Positions 26,784 through 37,660 are shown, numbered from the stretch's first letter. The stretch is DNA of 64,000 nucleotides from Candidatus Bathyarchaeia archaeon (GCA_049512075.1 JBEKXL010000010.1:10775-74774), one strand, 5' to 3'. A program made the numbers and translations. Notes: generated by a model from the letters alone, not told the origin.

Positions 26784-28262
26784 ATGTACAAGCCAGAGGG
26801 CATTCTCCCCGCGTTGGTGACTCCGTTCACGGACGATGGGAAAGCTGTTGACGAACAGCGGCTGCGCACTTTGGTTAACCACTGCATCGAGTTAGGGGTT
26901 CACGGGGTTGTTCCGTGTGGGACGACCGGCGAGTTTGTGAACCTCACGGACGAGGAGAAGAAGCGTGTAATCAAAATCGTGGTTGACGAAGTGAACGGTC
27001 GAGTTCCAGTGATTGCTGGAACAGGAGCAAGCGGCACAGACGAAGCTGTGGAATTGACGAAATACGCAAAGGACATCGGTGCCACCGCCGCGCTCGTAGT
27101 CACACCGTTCTACCTGAAACCAGCAGACCGCGGAATATACGAGCACTACTACACGATAGCAAACAAGGTAGACTTGCCGATAATTCTTTACAACATTCCG
27201 CAGTGCACAGGTTTATCCCTTCCCTGGCAGATGGTTGAGGATTTAGCACAGATACCAAACATCGTGGGCGTGAAAGACAGCAGCGGACAGTTGAGCTTCA
27301 TCTTGGCTGTCCTCGAAAAAGTCAGGGACAAAATAAACGTCCTGTGCGGACACGACGAAGTCGTCGTGGCGGCACTCGCAGCCGGATGCTCGGGGGCAAT
27401 CCTTGCAAGTGCCAACATCATGCCCGACATCTGGATTCAGATTTATGACCATGTGAAAAAGGGCGAATTACAACAGGCCCGCGAACTTCAATACAAAGTG
27501 CAGAAAATAGCGAGGATAATAGCGGGAAGCGGCGCAGTAGGGACAAAAGAAGCACTGAAGATGATGAAAATCAAGGTCGGCCCGGTGAGAATGCCGTTGA
27601 GCGTTGGGGGAGAATTGACCTACGAATCAAAAGAGGAGCTGCGGCTTGACCTGGAAAAAATAGGGAAAGTGCAGCCGAAACAGGTAACCTTTGAACTGGC
27701 CGAGAAACCGTTGGAAGATCGTTTTGCGACCGTGGACATCACCGCCGAAGAGATTAAGAGCTTCAAACTGCGCGTCGGCGAAGCACTAGCTGGGCAGGGG
27801 GCAGAGGTGGCCCACATTGACATCCTTGTCGGAACGAAAACTGGTCCAGTGGCAGAAGCTTTCACAAAAGCTAAGGCAACACCAACGCGGGGACATGAAC
27901 CGCTTCTAGCAATCCTAGAGCCAAACCTGTCAGTCAAACCAATCACCCTAATCGTTCCAACAGTCACAATCACAGGCATGCGGCAAGCAAGCATGGTCTA
28001 TGGTCCAGCCCAAACAGCCGTGGCCAAAGCAGTCATCGACAGCGTCGCAGACGGCACGATTCCGAAAGAAGCCGTTGAAGAATTAATTATCATCGCAAAC
28101 GTTTTCGTTCATCCCTCAGCCGTTGACCGGCAGCGTGTTTACATAAACAACTACAAGGCGATGCGACATGCCGTGCGCAAGGCCTTGGAGAACCGGCCCA
28201 GCATGGACGAGCTAATGGAGAACAAGGACCGGTCAAAACATCCTTTCAAGTACACACCATAG
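26784..28262 (+). CDS. DapA/NanA-family aldolase fused to formaldehyde-activating enzyme (Fae)
   Basis: N-terminal ALVTPF, CGTTGEF, LYNIP, GVKDSSG; C-terminal VGEALAG.GAEVAHID, GHEPLLA, YGPAQTAVAKAV, VFVHP, NYKA, KHPF. Confidence 0.9.
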   Translation: MYKPEGILPALVTPFTDDGKAVDEQRLRTLVNHCIELGVHGVVPCGTTGEFVNLTDEEKKRVIKIVVDEVNGRVPVIAGTGASGTDEAVELTKYAKDIGATAALVVTPFYLKPADRGIYEHYYTIANKVDLPIILYNIPQCTGLSLPWQMVEDLAQIPNIVGVKDSSGQLSFILAVLEKVRDKINVLCGHDEVVVAALAAGCSGAILASANIMPDIWIQIYDHVKKGELQQARELQYKVQKIARIIAGSGAVGTKEALKMMKIKVGPVRMPLSVGGELTYESKEELRLDLEKIGKVQPKQVTFELAEKPLEDRFATVDITAEEIKSFKLRVGEALAGQGAEVAHIDILVGTKTGPVAEAFTKAKATPTRGHEPLLAILEPNLSVKPITLIVPTVTITGMRQASMVYGPAQTAVAKAVIDSVADGTIPKEAVEELIIIANVFVHPSAVDRQRVYINNYKAMRHAVRKALENRPSMDELMENKDRSKHPFKYTP

Positions 28263-28271
28263 TGAACTCAG

Positions 28272-29072
28272 TTGGCAGAACGGAGAATACTTAATGGCGA
28301 CTACGCGCTTCTTAGCTTGGGCCCGCGAAAGACTTACATGATTAGAGTCGAAAATGGAAAGAGCTTCCACACCCACAAAGGCTTCATAAAGTTTGACGAC
28401 CTAATCGGGAGAGAATACGGCTCCACGGTTGAGAGTAGCCTAGGTTTCGAATTCACGGCTCTGAAACCGTTGCTCCATGACTATATCATGAAGTCCGCCC
28501 GGCAAACTCAGATAACTTATCCGAAGGACATAGCCCTCATCGTAATGTTCAGCGGGATAGGTCCGGGAAGCAGCGTTGTTGAGTCTGGGACAGGAACAGG
28601 CGCCCTGACCACGGCGCTAGCCCACTACGTCCAGCCAAACGGCAGAATCTACAGTTACGAAATCAGAGGAGAATTTCAAAAAACGGCTGAGAAAAACTTG
28701 ACCCGCGCAGGCTTGATCGACTACGTCGAGCTGAAGAACAAGGATGTCACGACTGGGATGGATGAGAGAGACGTCGATTCCGTAATACTCGATTTGGCAG
28801 TTCCATGGATGGTCGTTCCGCACGCTCAAACCGCCTTGAAGCCATGTGGAACGATAGTTTCCTTCAGCCCAACAATAGACCAAGTCGTCAAGACGGCTGA
28901 AGCCTTGAAAGAAAACGGTTTCGTGAGCATGGAGACAATCGAATGCCTCATGCGCGGAATGCAGGTCGAAAGGGGAAAAACGCGACCCCACACCTTAATG
29001 ACTGGGCACACCGGCTACATCACCTTCGCCCGCAAAGCGATAAAGACTCAACCCGCCAACTCCAAACCATGA
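28272..29072 (+). CDS. trmI: tRNA (adenine-N1)-methyltransferase TrmI/GCD14
   Basis: FHTHKG, QITYPKD, ESGTGTGALT, LDLAVPW, GHTGYI. Confidence 0.92.
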   Translation: MAERRILNGDYALLSLGPRKTYMIRVENGKSFHTHKGFIKFDDLIGREYGSTVESSLGFEFTALKPLLHDYIMKSARQTQITYPKDIALIVMFSGIGPGSSVVESGTGTGALTTALAHYVQPNGRIYSYEIRGEFQKTAEKNLTRAGLIDYVELKNKDVTTGMDERDVDSVILDLAVPWMVVPHAQTALKPCGTIVSFSPTIDQVVKTAEALKENGFVSMETIECLMRGMQVERGKTRPHTLMTGHTGYITFARKAIKTQPANSKP

Positions 29073-29809
29073 TTCTCGAGCTCCAGTACGTTTCTCTAGA
29101 GTTTCCAGAGGTAGGGACAACTTGCTGAAAAATTCCTATTGAGTCAGGATTCATTTTCAAGATATTGATTTTGGCTTCTGAAATTAGATATTAGTAGTCA
29201 ATGCAAAATCAGACAATTGTAGCTTCAAAAGCAAGATAAGAATCGGTGTGCGAATTGAAGACCAAAAAAAGGAACTTAACAAACGACAAGAAAGACAGTG
29301 CCACATTGGAGCTTGGAAGCCCCAATTCATCCAACGTTTCCAGAGAGGAAGGAAAAAGAGGAGCAAGAGAACCTCTATACCTGCTTCGGTACGAATAGGT
29401 GAACGTCCGCTTCATTCTTCCGACACAATGTCGCGCGTGATCCCAAACTTGACGGCAATCTACGTCTGAGTAGACATCACAGTCATCTTGTATACGATAT
29501 TCCGGTTTCCTCAAGTATGTCAGAAGATACTCATAGAGAATTAGCGTGATGCTCAAGTTGCTCAACAAGTGCCGTCCGTGTAACTCTGAGATCTCATCCT
29601 GATGTCAATCTAATGCCTTCTCATCATCCGGCAAAGTTCAAGTAACAAAGCCGAAAATAAAAAGGTTCGCCATCATGTATTGTCGCAATTTCAGTGTTCT
29701 AGGCGGCCACCTGGACACGCGCACGTGAATCCGGAATCCATATTTCAGATTCATAAGAGAGTTAAATAGGTACACTCTACTTATCGGCTTAACCTTTGGA
29801 GGATAGTCC

Positions 29810-29992
29810 TTGAGGCAGTCATTGACACTTAAGCAACGAAGAGACTTAAGCACCAAGATGTTCAAGGTTTTCAAACAAGACGTTAAGGGGCTTTCTGCAG
29901 AATTGCAAGGAATATTGTTAGACGACTTGGTCACGGCTTTCCAAAATAGAATAAACGTGTTAATTCGAGCACAGGAAAAAAGGAGCTACTAA
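29810..29992 (+). CDS. Small hypothetical protein
   Basis: GGAGG ribosome-binding site; 60-aa helical ORF. Confidence 0.55.
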   Translation: MRQSLTLKQRRDLSTKMFKVFKQDVKGLSAELQGILLDDLVTAFQNRINVLIRAQEKRSY

Positions 29993-30077
29993 TGTAGAGT
30001 AATTAGGAAAAAGACGTAGTTTAAATCCGTAAAAGCTTTATATAAAAAAGGCGGTAATATGGCAAAAAGAGGTTTGG

Positions 30078-30374
30078 ATGATGAGACGTTCCAAACTTGA
30101 GATGTATATCGACATACTCAAAGTGTTAGCGCACCGTGGGCCATTGAAGCTTACTCACATCATGTATAAAGCTAACGTTAATTGCAGCGTCTTGAAAGAA
30201 TACTTAGACTTTCTCATAAAGCAGAACCTCGTCGAAGAAAGAATGGTAGGCAAGAGACGAGTCGTCTACGCTGTAACCCAAAGAGGCATAACAGTACTCA
30301 AGTACTTCAGAGAACTGAAACAAGTCCTGCCGATAGTTGAAGAGCTTAGAAACAGAGTCCCAGTACCGTACTAA
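30078..30374 (+). CDS. Archaeal winged-helix regulator (HTH_45-like)
   Basis: RRSKLEMYIDIL, THIMYKANVN, YAVTQRG. Confidence 0.85.
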   Translation: MMRRSKLEMYIDILKVLAHRGPLKLTHIMYKANVNCSVLKEYLDFLIKQNLVEERMVGKRRVVYAVTQRGITVLKYFRELKQVLPIVEELRNRVPVPY

Positions 30375-30718
30375 TCAACCCTCCATTTTTGCACGGCCAC
30401 ATCTACTAACCCAAAGTTTTCTACGAAAAGAACCAAATGATAAAGCTGATTCTTTTGCGTTGCGCACGCGCCCCTAGGCGGGGCACGAGCCTTCTTGACA
30501 GAACGAATCTCGACCCTTTTTAATTCTCGAGTCTCCATTATAACGCTCTGCACGTTTTCAAACGCTGAGAAAGTAGCAGCGATTTTGGCAAGTCTCCAAT
30601 GAGCCTGTATTTGTTTTGACCATTTGTTTTGTGAATAATTATGTGTGTGTCGTAAGACTTAATAAACCGCTTCTCATCTACCATACTGTAGACGCGTAAG
30701 ACAGACGAGGAAGATGCA

Positions 30719-31096
30719 TTGTCCAATCAAGAAATTGTGGGCAAGAGGCCTTTGCAGGTTCTGGAGAAGATTCGCGAGAACTTGGAGAGGCTCAACGAGA
30801 AAATAGAAGTAATGATTGAATTGCAAAAACATGGGAGGAAAGATTTACAGCCGCCTCTTTCTGACGCCCCTTTGGATGTGATGACACTGCTCTCGCTGCC
30901 AGATCATTTGAGAAAGACTGCTATGACGCTTTGCAGAATGGGCCGTGCCACGGCTAACGAGATTTCTGAACAGACAAAGAGAGCGAGGGCTGTAGAAAGC
31001 GCTTATCTGAATCAGCTGGTGATCATGGGCTACGTAAAGAAGGAGAGGAACGGCAGGAAAGCTTACTTTTTCGTGGACCGGGACACTCAAGGGTGA
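30719..31096 (+). CDS. Coiled-coil plus wHTH regulator
   Basis: LPDHLRKT, ATANEISEQTKRARAVESAYLNQL. Confidence 0.8.
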   Translation: MSNQEIVGKRPLQVLEKIRENLERLNEKIEVMIELQKHGRKDLQPPLSDAPLDVMTLLSLPDHLRKTAMTLCRMGRATANEISEQTKRARAVESAYLNQLVIMGYVKKERNGRKAYFFVDRDTQG

Positions 31097-31875
31097 TAAT
31101 AATGGGCAAAATAGTGGCTGTACACTCATACAAAGGCGGAACAGGAAAAACTCTTCTTTCTATCAATCTGGCCGCGGCCTTGGCCGAACACGGCAAAAAA
31201 GTTTGCCTATTCGACCTTGACTTTCGAGCCCCAAGTCTCGCCACACTCTTGAAGATTGAAAAGTCAGAGTGTTGGCTCAACGATTACTTGAACGGAACAT
31301 GCGAGATTGACAAAGCACTGTTGGATCTAAGCGACAAAGTCCATAACAGTGGTAAACTCTTCGTCGGGCTTGCCAACCCTGCCACTGAAGCAATAAGAGA
31401 CATGTCGGCTAAGGACAGAAAATGGGAAATGCGCGCCCTGGGAAGACTCTTGGCCCTCAGAACTTCTTTACTGAATGGCAAGGGTTTTGACTACCTACTC
31501 ATGGATACGAGTCCAGGACTGCAATACTCCTCTATAAACGCCATAGTAAGCGCTGACCTAGTGCTCGTGGCAACGACCTTCGACCGATCGGACGTCGACG
31601 GAACAAGACGCATGCTACGTGAACTGTACGACCTGTTTGAGAAGAAGACCGAGGTCGTCCTGAACAAGGTGCTTGACGCTTCTTCGAAAACGGGAAAAGA
31701 AGAGATAGCATCCAAAGTAAACGATGTATACCAGGTTCCACTGCTGGGGATAGTGCCTTGCTTCTGCGACATTCTGAAGGCGAGAGGGGGAATCATATTT
31801 GCCCAGGAGAAGCCTGACCATCCTTTTACGAGAATCTTGGAGGAGATGGCGGCAAAGATAGACAAAATGGCCTAA
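31093..31875 (+). CDS. MinD/ParA family ATPase
   Basis: KGGTGKT, DLDFRAP, DTSPG, LNKV. Confidence 0.9.
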   Translation: MIIMGKIVAVHSYKGGTGKTLLSINLAAALAEHGKKVCLFDLDFRAPSLATLLKIEKSECWLNDYLNGTCEIDKALLDLSDKVHNSGKLFVGLANPATEAIRDMSAKDRKWEMRALGRLLALRTSLLNGKGFDYLLMDTSPGLQYSSINAIVSADLVLVATTFDRSDVDGTRRMLRELYDLFEKKTEVVLNKVLDASSKTGKEEIASKVNDVYQVPLLGIVPCFCDILKARGGIIFAQEKPDHPFTRILEEMAAKIDKMA

Positions 31876-31893
31876 TGTGGCCTACGTGTAGTC

Positions 31894-32013
31894 CTATTTC
31901 GCGGCTATCTTGTTCATGAGCACGTAGATCCTACAAGTTGTGCACTTCTCATATTCCTTCTGGTCACAGCGGTTGCATATTATCCGGCTTAGTTCCATAA
32001 CCTCTGAACTCAT
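31894..32013 (-). CDS. 39-aa Cys-rich peptide
   Basis: MSSEVMELSRIICNRCDQKEYEKCTTCRIYVLMNKIAAK (two CxxC); AGGAG upstream. Confidence 0.55.
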   Translation of the reverse strand: MSSEVMELSRIICNRCDQKEYEKCTTCRIYVLMNKIAAK

Positions 32014-32157
32014 CAGTTTCGTCTCTCCTTATACTGATAACAAGACTCGGGCTTAGGCTATATAGCGTATTCCGACTCAGTAATATTTCGTGCAAAAAAC
32101 TTATACAATGGAAGAAACACTCTTACGAATTCACGCAGTCATGGAGATAGCACGTTA

Positions 32158-32802
32158 TTGACCAGCTCGGCAATCATCCTTGCAGGCGGCCTTTCCAGCA
32201 GGTTCGGTCAAGATAAAGGACTGCTCCACCTGGCGGGAAAGCCACTCGTAAGACACGTTCTGAATGCAGTCGTCAATGTTGTGGACGAGAAGATAGTGGT
32301 GGTCAGCTGTAGAGAGCACGTTGACAAATACCTTAAGGCAACTGGTGGATGTGCAAGCATCCTAGTTGACAGAGGTAACACGCACAGCCCACTTGCTGGA
32401 GCATTGACCGGTTTCGAAGAAGCACATGGGGAATACTCGCTTCTTCTTCCATGTGACACCCCTCTCGCCTCAAGAGACATTCTATCATTGCTACTTGAAC
32501 TGTGCCCTGGAAGAAATGCGTGCGTCCCCCGATGGCCCAACGGTTACGTAGAGCCCCTACAAGCGGTTTACCGCACAGAATCCGCCCTAGAAGCGTCCAA
32601 CGTGGCTTTGTGCGCTGGAAAGCTCAACGTGCAAGCAATGCTGGACAGGCTGCAGTTTGTGCGCTACGTTTCCACGCTGGTCTTGCAGCAGCTTGACCCG
32701 GAGCTTAGAACGTTCTTCAACGTTAACACTCCTCTAGATCTGAAGAGGGCTGAGCAGATGTTGAACCGTCCTTGCCCACGCACGTTTGTGCCTTCCAAGT
32801 AA
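32158..32802 (+). CDS. mobA: Molybdenum cofactor guanylyltransferase
   Basis: ILAGGLSSRFGQDK, PLAG, PCDTP, EPLQAVY, FFNVNTP. Confidence 0.9.
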   Translation: MTSSAIILAGGLSSRFGQDKGLLHLAGKPLVRHVLNAVVNVVDEKIVVVSCREHVDKYLKATGGCASILVDRGNTHSPLAGALTGFEEAHGEYSLLLPCDTPLASRDILSLLLELCPGRNACVPRWPNGYVEPLQAVYRTESALEASNVALCAGKLNVQAMLDRLQFVRYVSTLVLQQLDPELRTFFNVNTPLDLKRAEQMLNRPCPRTFVPSK

Positions 32803-32803
32803 T

Positions 32804-34102
32804 CTAATGTCCGCCAGTGCGGGCTTGTTTAGCGTATTTTTCCGTTTCTGCGAAGAGTTTTCCTATGTCACTTTCGGAATGTTCAGTGCTTAGGACGCCG
32901 TTGTGCGTCGGCAATAAGAAGAGCCCGTTCGTTATCAAGGCCAAAGCATAGCTGATGAGCTTCTTCCTATCCGCAGCAAAGGCGGCAATTGCATCATTGA
33001 CTCTTTCCTTCGTGAAATGCGTGTTAAAAATGGAGCCTGCTCCCGTGAGTTGCACATCAAGCCCATGTGTTTCGAAAATGTCCAACAGCTCTTGTCTAAC
33101 TCGGGTTCCAGCTCTGTTCAAACTCTCTATCAATTTGCCATCCTCCAGCAGTTTCAATGTTGCCAAGCCAGCCGTCATCGTTACCGGGTTAGCGGCAAAA
33201 GTTCCACCATGGAAGGAGTAATCTGGACGTTGATGAGCGACGCTGTCCAGGTGCTCCATGATTTCGCTGGGTCCACAAAATGCGCCTATGGGAAAGCCTC
33301 CACCCAGAATCTTTCCTAGCACAGCTATGTCCGCTTTCACGCCGTAGTACTGCTGAGCCCCTCCGGGCGCCAGCCTAAAACCTGTAATCACCTCATCAAA
33401 AATCAGCAGTGTGTTTCTCTCATCACAGTATTCTCGAAGCCCTTGCAAGAACTCTTTTTCCGCGGGAACGCCTCCACCCGCTCCCAGAACGGGCTCGATT
33501 ATTATGCACGCGACCTCTTCGCTTCTCAGTCTTTCCCTTACCCCTTCCAAATTGTTGTAGGGCAGAATGATCGTGTCTTGAGTTGCTCCGGCTGTTAATC
33601 CAGCCGATTCTGGAAGGTCAAAGGGGTACTTTACGCTCACCTGGAGTGCGTCGTAGCCTCCATGCCATCCGCCTTCAAACTTCGCAATCTTGTCCTTTCC
33701 AGCATACGCCCTTGCCAATCGTGTAGCATACATATTCGCCTCCGTCCCAGAGTTCGTGAACCGAATCATTTTTGCGTTCGGAACCATCTTCGCAACCTGC
33801 TCGGCCAGTTTGATCTCTAACTCATGGCAAGTTCCATAGTGCGTACCTTTTTGAAGCTGCTCTCTTACGGCATTCGTTACGGCCGGGTATCCATGGCCCA
33901 GGATGAGAGCGGTGTGTCCTAGCCAGAAGTCCACGTACTCGTTGCCGTCGACATCGTACAGTCTACTTCCTTTTGCTCTGGCAGTGTAGAAGGGGTACGG
34001 CTCAAAGTAGTGTACGCCGTAGGAAACTCCTGCCGGAAGAACCTTTTTCGCCCTCTCATACAAGATTCTGGAATTGGGCGTTTTTGAAACATAGCCTGAC
34101 AT
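32804..34102 (-). CDS. hemL: Glutamate-1-semialdehyde 2,1-aminomutase-like class III aminotransferase
   Basis: NSGTEA, FEGGWHG, FDEVITGFR, LGKILGGGFP, GGTFAANP. Confidence 0.8.
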   Translation of the reverse strand: MSGYVSKTPNSRILYERAKKVLPAGVSYGVHYFEPYPFYTARAKGSRLYDVDGNEYVDFWLGHTALILGHGYPAVTNAVREQLQKGTHYGTCHELEIKLAEQVAKMVPNAKMIRFTNSGTEANMYATRLARAYAGKDKIAKFEGGWHGGYDALQVSVKYPFDLPESAGLTAGATQDTIILPYNNLEGVRERLRSEEVACIIIEPVLGAGGGVPAEKEFLQGLREYCDERNTLLIFDEVITGFRLAPGGAQQYYGVKADIAVLGKILGGGFPIGAFCGPSEIMEHLDSVAHQRPDYSFHGGTFAANPVTMTAGLATLKLLEDGKLIESLNRAGTRVRQELLDIFETHGLDVQLTGAGSIFNTHFTKERVNDAIAAFAADRKKLISYALALITNGLFLLPTHNGVLSTEHSESDIGKLFAETEKYAKQARTGGH

Positions 34103-34409
34103 TCCTAGCTCGCCACGGTTTCATTTTTCCACGCAGTCTTATTATGGTTTCCATTCGTTCAGTCAAGCATAAGCAACGCAGGTGGCCTGCGCACATAGAA
34201 AAAAAGGCTCAAAGTTAACTAAGCGATCCCTTTCGTAACCGTCAATTCGATTTGCAAAAACTTAAGTCATCTTCATTACTGTTGACTACATCGAACAGAG
34301 AAGAACCTGACTTGTTTGGCTCCATAGGAATTGCTGCTCGGTCGACAAACGATGCGATTGACATGAATGTTAGTTTGAAGTGGTTCTTTTTTATGTTTTC
34401 ATGTAAAGA

Positions 34410-35129
34410 TTGGAGTTCGAGGCCATGCAGGTTTTGTGCGAAGTGATAATTTCGATTCTAAAAGTTTCGAAAGGTGAACCTGTTTTACATGAACTTGTTA
34501 AGAGGGAGGCGAAGCTTCCCTCGGAGACCACGGAGAGATTGCTTCAAACTTTGCAGAGTTATGGGCTGGTTTATTTGCTCGATGGGTTTTTGCAAACTAG
34601 TGCTTTACAACGCGTTAGCTTGGCCGCGCGTGCGCTGGAGCTGGGTGCTGACTATGAGCGAGTGAGCGGTTTTTTGGAGTGGAAAGAGTTTGAGAGTATA
34701 ACCGCGGTTGCACTCGAAATGCATGGCTACACAGTTAAGCTTAACTTGCGATTCAGGCAGGGCGGACGCAGGTGGGAGATGGACATCGTCGGTTGTCGTA
34801 GACCGCTAGTTGTCTGTGTAGACTGCAAGCACTGGCGCCGCGGCCTGTACCCATCAAAGCTGAGGGGAGTTGTCGATGAGCAGGTGAAGCGGACGGTGGC
34901 TTTTTCTGAGTCCCTGCCGAATCCAGCTGTTAGAGTTGAGTGTGCTTCATGGGAAGAGGCGAGATTTGTTCCTGTTGTTGTGTCGTTGGTGCCCGCGAGT
35001 TTCAAATTTCATAATGGGACACCGGTCGTTCCGATTCTCCAACTGCAGGACTTTCTCGTTCAACTTCCAATGTGTTCGGACTCGTTGAGGAGGTTCGACA
35101 GGGCGCAGCCGCATCTCAAGACTGAGTAA
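34410..35129 (+). CDS. PD-(D/E)XK Mrr-like endonuclease
   Basis: WKEFE, EMDIVG, VDCKHW. Confidence 0.75.
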   Translation: MEFEAMQVLCEVIISILKVSKGEPVLHELVKREAKLPSETTERLLQTLQSYGLVYLLDGFLQTSALQRVSLAARALELGADYERVSGFLEWKEFESITAVALEMHGYTVKLNLRFRQGGRRWEMDIVGCRRPLVVCVDCKHWRRGLYPSKLRGVVDEQVKRTVAFSESLPNPAVRVECASWEEARFVPVVVSLVPASFKFHNGTPVVPILQLQDFLVQLPMCSDSLRRFDRAQPHLKTE

Positions 35130-36984
35130 TAGTCTCCAGCAAGGGTTTCTTCGCAAACCTTATGGCAGGGTAAACACCTGAAGCAAATGTTGCGACTAAG
35201 GCCAGAAGAAGCCAACCGGTTATTTCAATGACCGTATAAGTCGTCACGAGCGGTTCCTGCACCAATATTAGCAAAGTGGTAATTACCCCGAAGGCTATTC
35301 CAACCGCGTAACTGCCCAGTAGGACTATTAGACTTTGTGCGGAAACAATGGCTAGAACGGTTCTGGGCCGGGCACCTAGGGCTCTGAGAATGCCAAACTC
35401 CTGCCGCTGTTCATTCATAGTGAGCATAACATACCCTAACAGGCTCAGGGATGCCGCGATCAAAGAGAACAAGGGCAGAAACATAATCGTGGACCAAAGG
35501 AAATTAAGGAAGCCAACGCTCTTGTCCACAGCCTCGTCGAGCTCGTAAACTTGGAAACCCGAGTTTGCAACAGTCGCGTTTATCCTATTCAAGATGTCTG
35601 TCTCATTCACTGACGAGTCAAGCTTGACCATGAGCACGTTAGTTCCTGACAAGCCTGAGATGGCCTGCAACGTCGTAAGAGGAACGTACGTGACGTTTCC
35701 ATTGTTGATAGGGTCGAGGCAGACGCCGACCACACTGAGATCCTCGTTAGAGATTCTGATTTCCTGAATCAACGGTTCGGAAAACAGCTTTTGACCGATA
35801 GTATCGCCGACCACCGCTTCTGCTGTTTGATTATTGGCTAGAAACCTACCTTCCAACGACCAGTCATTCAGCACGTTCCCTGGGTCGACGCCCACGACAA
35901 GAGATTCTCCCTGGCGACTATCTCCGACACTTCTTGTTTCCGCTGTGCTGCTTCCAAAGATGATTCCGGGGACTTCTTTAACTGGCTCCTCCAGGACCAG
36001 GCGGGCGTCTAGACCTGTGATTCCGTCTATGGAACGCAATTGGCTGGAAAGACTGGAGGGGATTAGATATCTTTCATCTGTGTAGTTGAACTGAGTGGAC
36101 TTTTGTCCTTCGTAGAATTCTGAGAGCAACAGTTTGTACTGGTTGATCATGTCTGGATGTGCTATCAGCAGCATGTTTCTTCCAACGGCTTTCTCAACCC
36201 AGCTTCTGGTGGTGTCTTCAGCGATTAGACCTCCTGCAACGGCCACCGTGACCAAGAGGAAAACGATGCTCAGGCAGAGGACGATTCTGAGGGTGGCTGA
36301 TTTGCGGCGGACGAGGGTTCTCACTGCTATTTTCAGGGAGACGCCTGACTTTGACATGATTTTGAAGCCTGGCTCTTTTGCCAGCCCAAGGTAATGCGCC
36401 GGTGAAAGGGCTTTTGCGGGCTCAGCCCTAATCGCTGAAAGAACCGGTGTGACTCCAAGAATGAGTGAAAGTGCAAAGAACACGATGAATACTGCAAACG
36501 GTATCCACAGGCCAGTTGGTTGTTGCGAGAATTGCAAACCAAGACTGTTCAAGAGGCTCGTCGAAGCCATGTCCATTAGAACGCCTAAGATCGTGCCGGC
36601 GAAACAGCCCACAAAACCCACGACTAGGAGTTCGGTGAAGAAATAGCCAAAAAGTAAGTCGTTTGGGCATCCTGCCGCCTTCATTAGTCCAATATCTCTT
36701 GTCCTCTGTGATGTCATGATAAAGGCCGTGAAAGAAATCATCACAATTCCAGCCGCAGAAATCAGAATCGCGAGCAGCGTTATGAAAGGGGAAAATATCT
36801 GGGAAAAACCGGTGGTGAGTTTGTCCTCGACCATTGATGATATGCCAAACCCCATCTTTTGTGCGAAGAGGAGCAGAAAGAGCGTCGAAGCGACACACAG
36901 TGCCAAGCTGATGATTACCAGGCTCGTCTGCATCTTTCTGCGAAGCAGATCGTTGATTGAAAAAGAAGTTTCACTCATTTTCAC
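35116..36984 (-). CDS. ABC transporter permease (FtsX/MacB type)
   Basis: RTRDIGLMKAAG and QRQEFGILRALGA; multiple TMs. Confidence 0.9.
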   Translation of the reverse strand: MKMSETSFSINDLLRRKMQTSLVIISLALCVASTLFLLLFAQKMGFGISSMVEDKLTTGFSQIFSPFITLLAILISAAGIVMISFTAFIMTSQRTRDIGLMKAAGCPNDLLFGYFFTELLVVGFVGCFAGTILGVLMDMASTSLLNSLGLQFSQQPTGLWIPFAVFIVFFALSLILGVTPVLSAIRAEPAKALSPAHYLGLAKEPGFKIMSKSGVSLKIAVRTLVRRKSATLRIVLCLSIVFLLVTVAVAGGLIAEDTTRSWVEKAVGRNMLLIAHPDMINQYKLLLSEFYEGQKSTQFNYTDERYLIPSSLSSQLRSIDGITGLDARLVLEEPVKEVPGIIFGSSTAETRSVGDSRQGESLVVGVDPGNVLNDWSLEGRFLANNQTAEAVVGDTIGQKLFSEPLIQEIRISNEDLSVVGVCLDPINNGNVTYVPLTTLQAISGLSGTNVLMVKLDSSVNETDILNRINATVANSGFQVYELDEAVDKSVGFLNFLWSTIMFLPLFSLIAASLSLLGYVMLTMNEQRQEFGILRALGARPRTVLAIVSAQSLIVLLGSYAVGIAFGVITTLLILVQEPLVTTYTVIEITGWLLLALVATFASGVYPAIRFAKKPLLETITQS

Positions 36985-37660
36985 TAATCAGCCTGCCGTC
37001 TTCCAAACAGAGTTTTTGCTGGGCTAGCTCAAATATGTGTTCGTCATGGGTTGCGACAATGATGGTTTTCCCGCCCTCCTTCAGTGTTGAGAGTATTTGA
37101 ATGATTTTTGCGCTCGTTTTCACGTCCAAGTTTCCGGTAGGTTCGTCGACAAGAAGCAAAGGCGGGTCATTTGCCAACGCGCGGGCAAATGCGACGCGCT
37201 GTTGTTCACCGCCGCTCAGTTGAAACGGGAAGTGTTCCGTTCTGTTCTCCAGGCCTACGAGACCCAACAGCTCATTTACGCGTCCTCTTATGTGTTCTTC
37301 GTTCTTCCTGGCCCATTCCATCGGAAACGCAACGTTTTCGGCAACGGTCAGTGTTGAAACGAGATTGTAGGATTGAAAAACAAACCCGACATTACGGCAT
37401 CGAAAACCCGCCAAGAAATCCTCGTCCCTAGCCCCTAAATTCTCCCCGTAAACAATAATCTTCCCGCTTGTCGGTTTGTCTATCCCGCCGACAATGTTCA
37501 GAAGTGTAGTCTTTCCTGAACCGGAAGGACCGCTAACAACAGTGAACTCTCCTCTTTTAACCTCAAAATCTATGTCTTTCAAAACCTCAACCTTGAGGGC
37601 GTTCGCTTCGTAAACCTTGCCCAAGGAAGATGCTGACACGACAGTTATGATTTCCTTCAT
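36971..37660 (-). CDS. ABC transporter ATP-binding protein (LolD type)
   Basis: [25 protein letters not shown]; start moved to MKEIIT. Confidence 0.92.
   Translation of the reverse strand: MKEIITVVSASSLGKVYEANALKVEVLKDIDFEVKRGEFTVVSGPSGSGKTTLLNIVGGIDKPTSGKIIVYGENLGARDEDFLAGFRCRNVGFVFQSYNLVSTLTVAENVAFPMEWARKNEEHIRGRVNELLGLVGLENRTEHFPFQLSGGEQQRVAFARALANDPPLLLVDEPTGNLDVKTSAKIIQILSTLKEGGKTIIVATHDEHIFELAQQKLCLEDGRLISENE

Noticed and set aside
29100-29800. ORFs 29184..29366, 29209..29568 and 29248..29469
   Set aside because: Mutually overlapping with no motifs; probably regulatory DNA.
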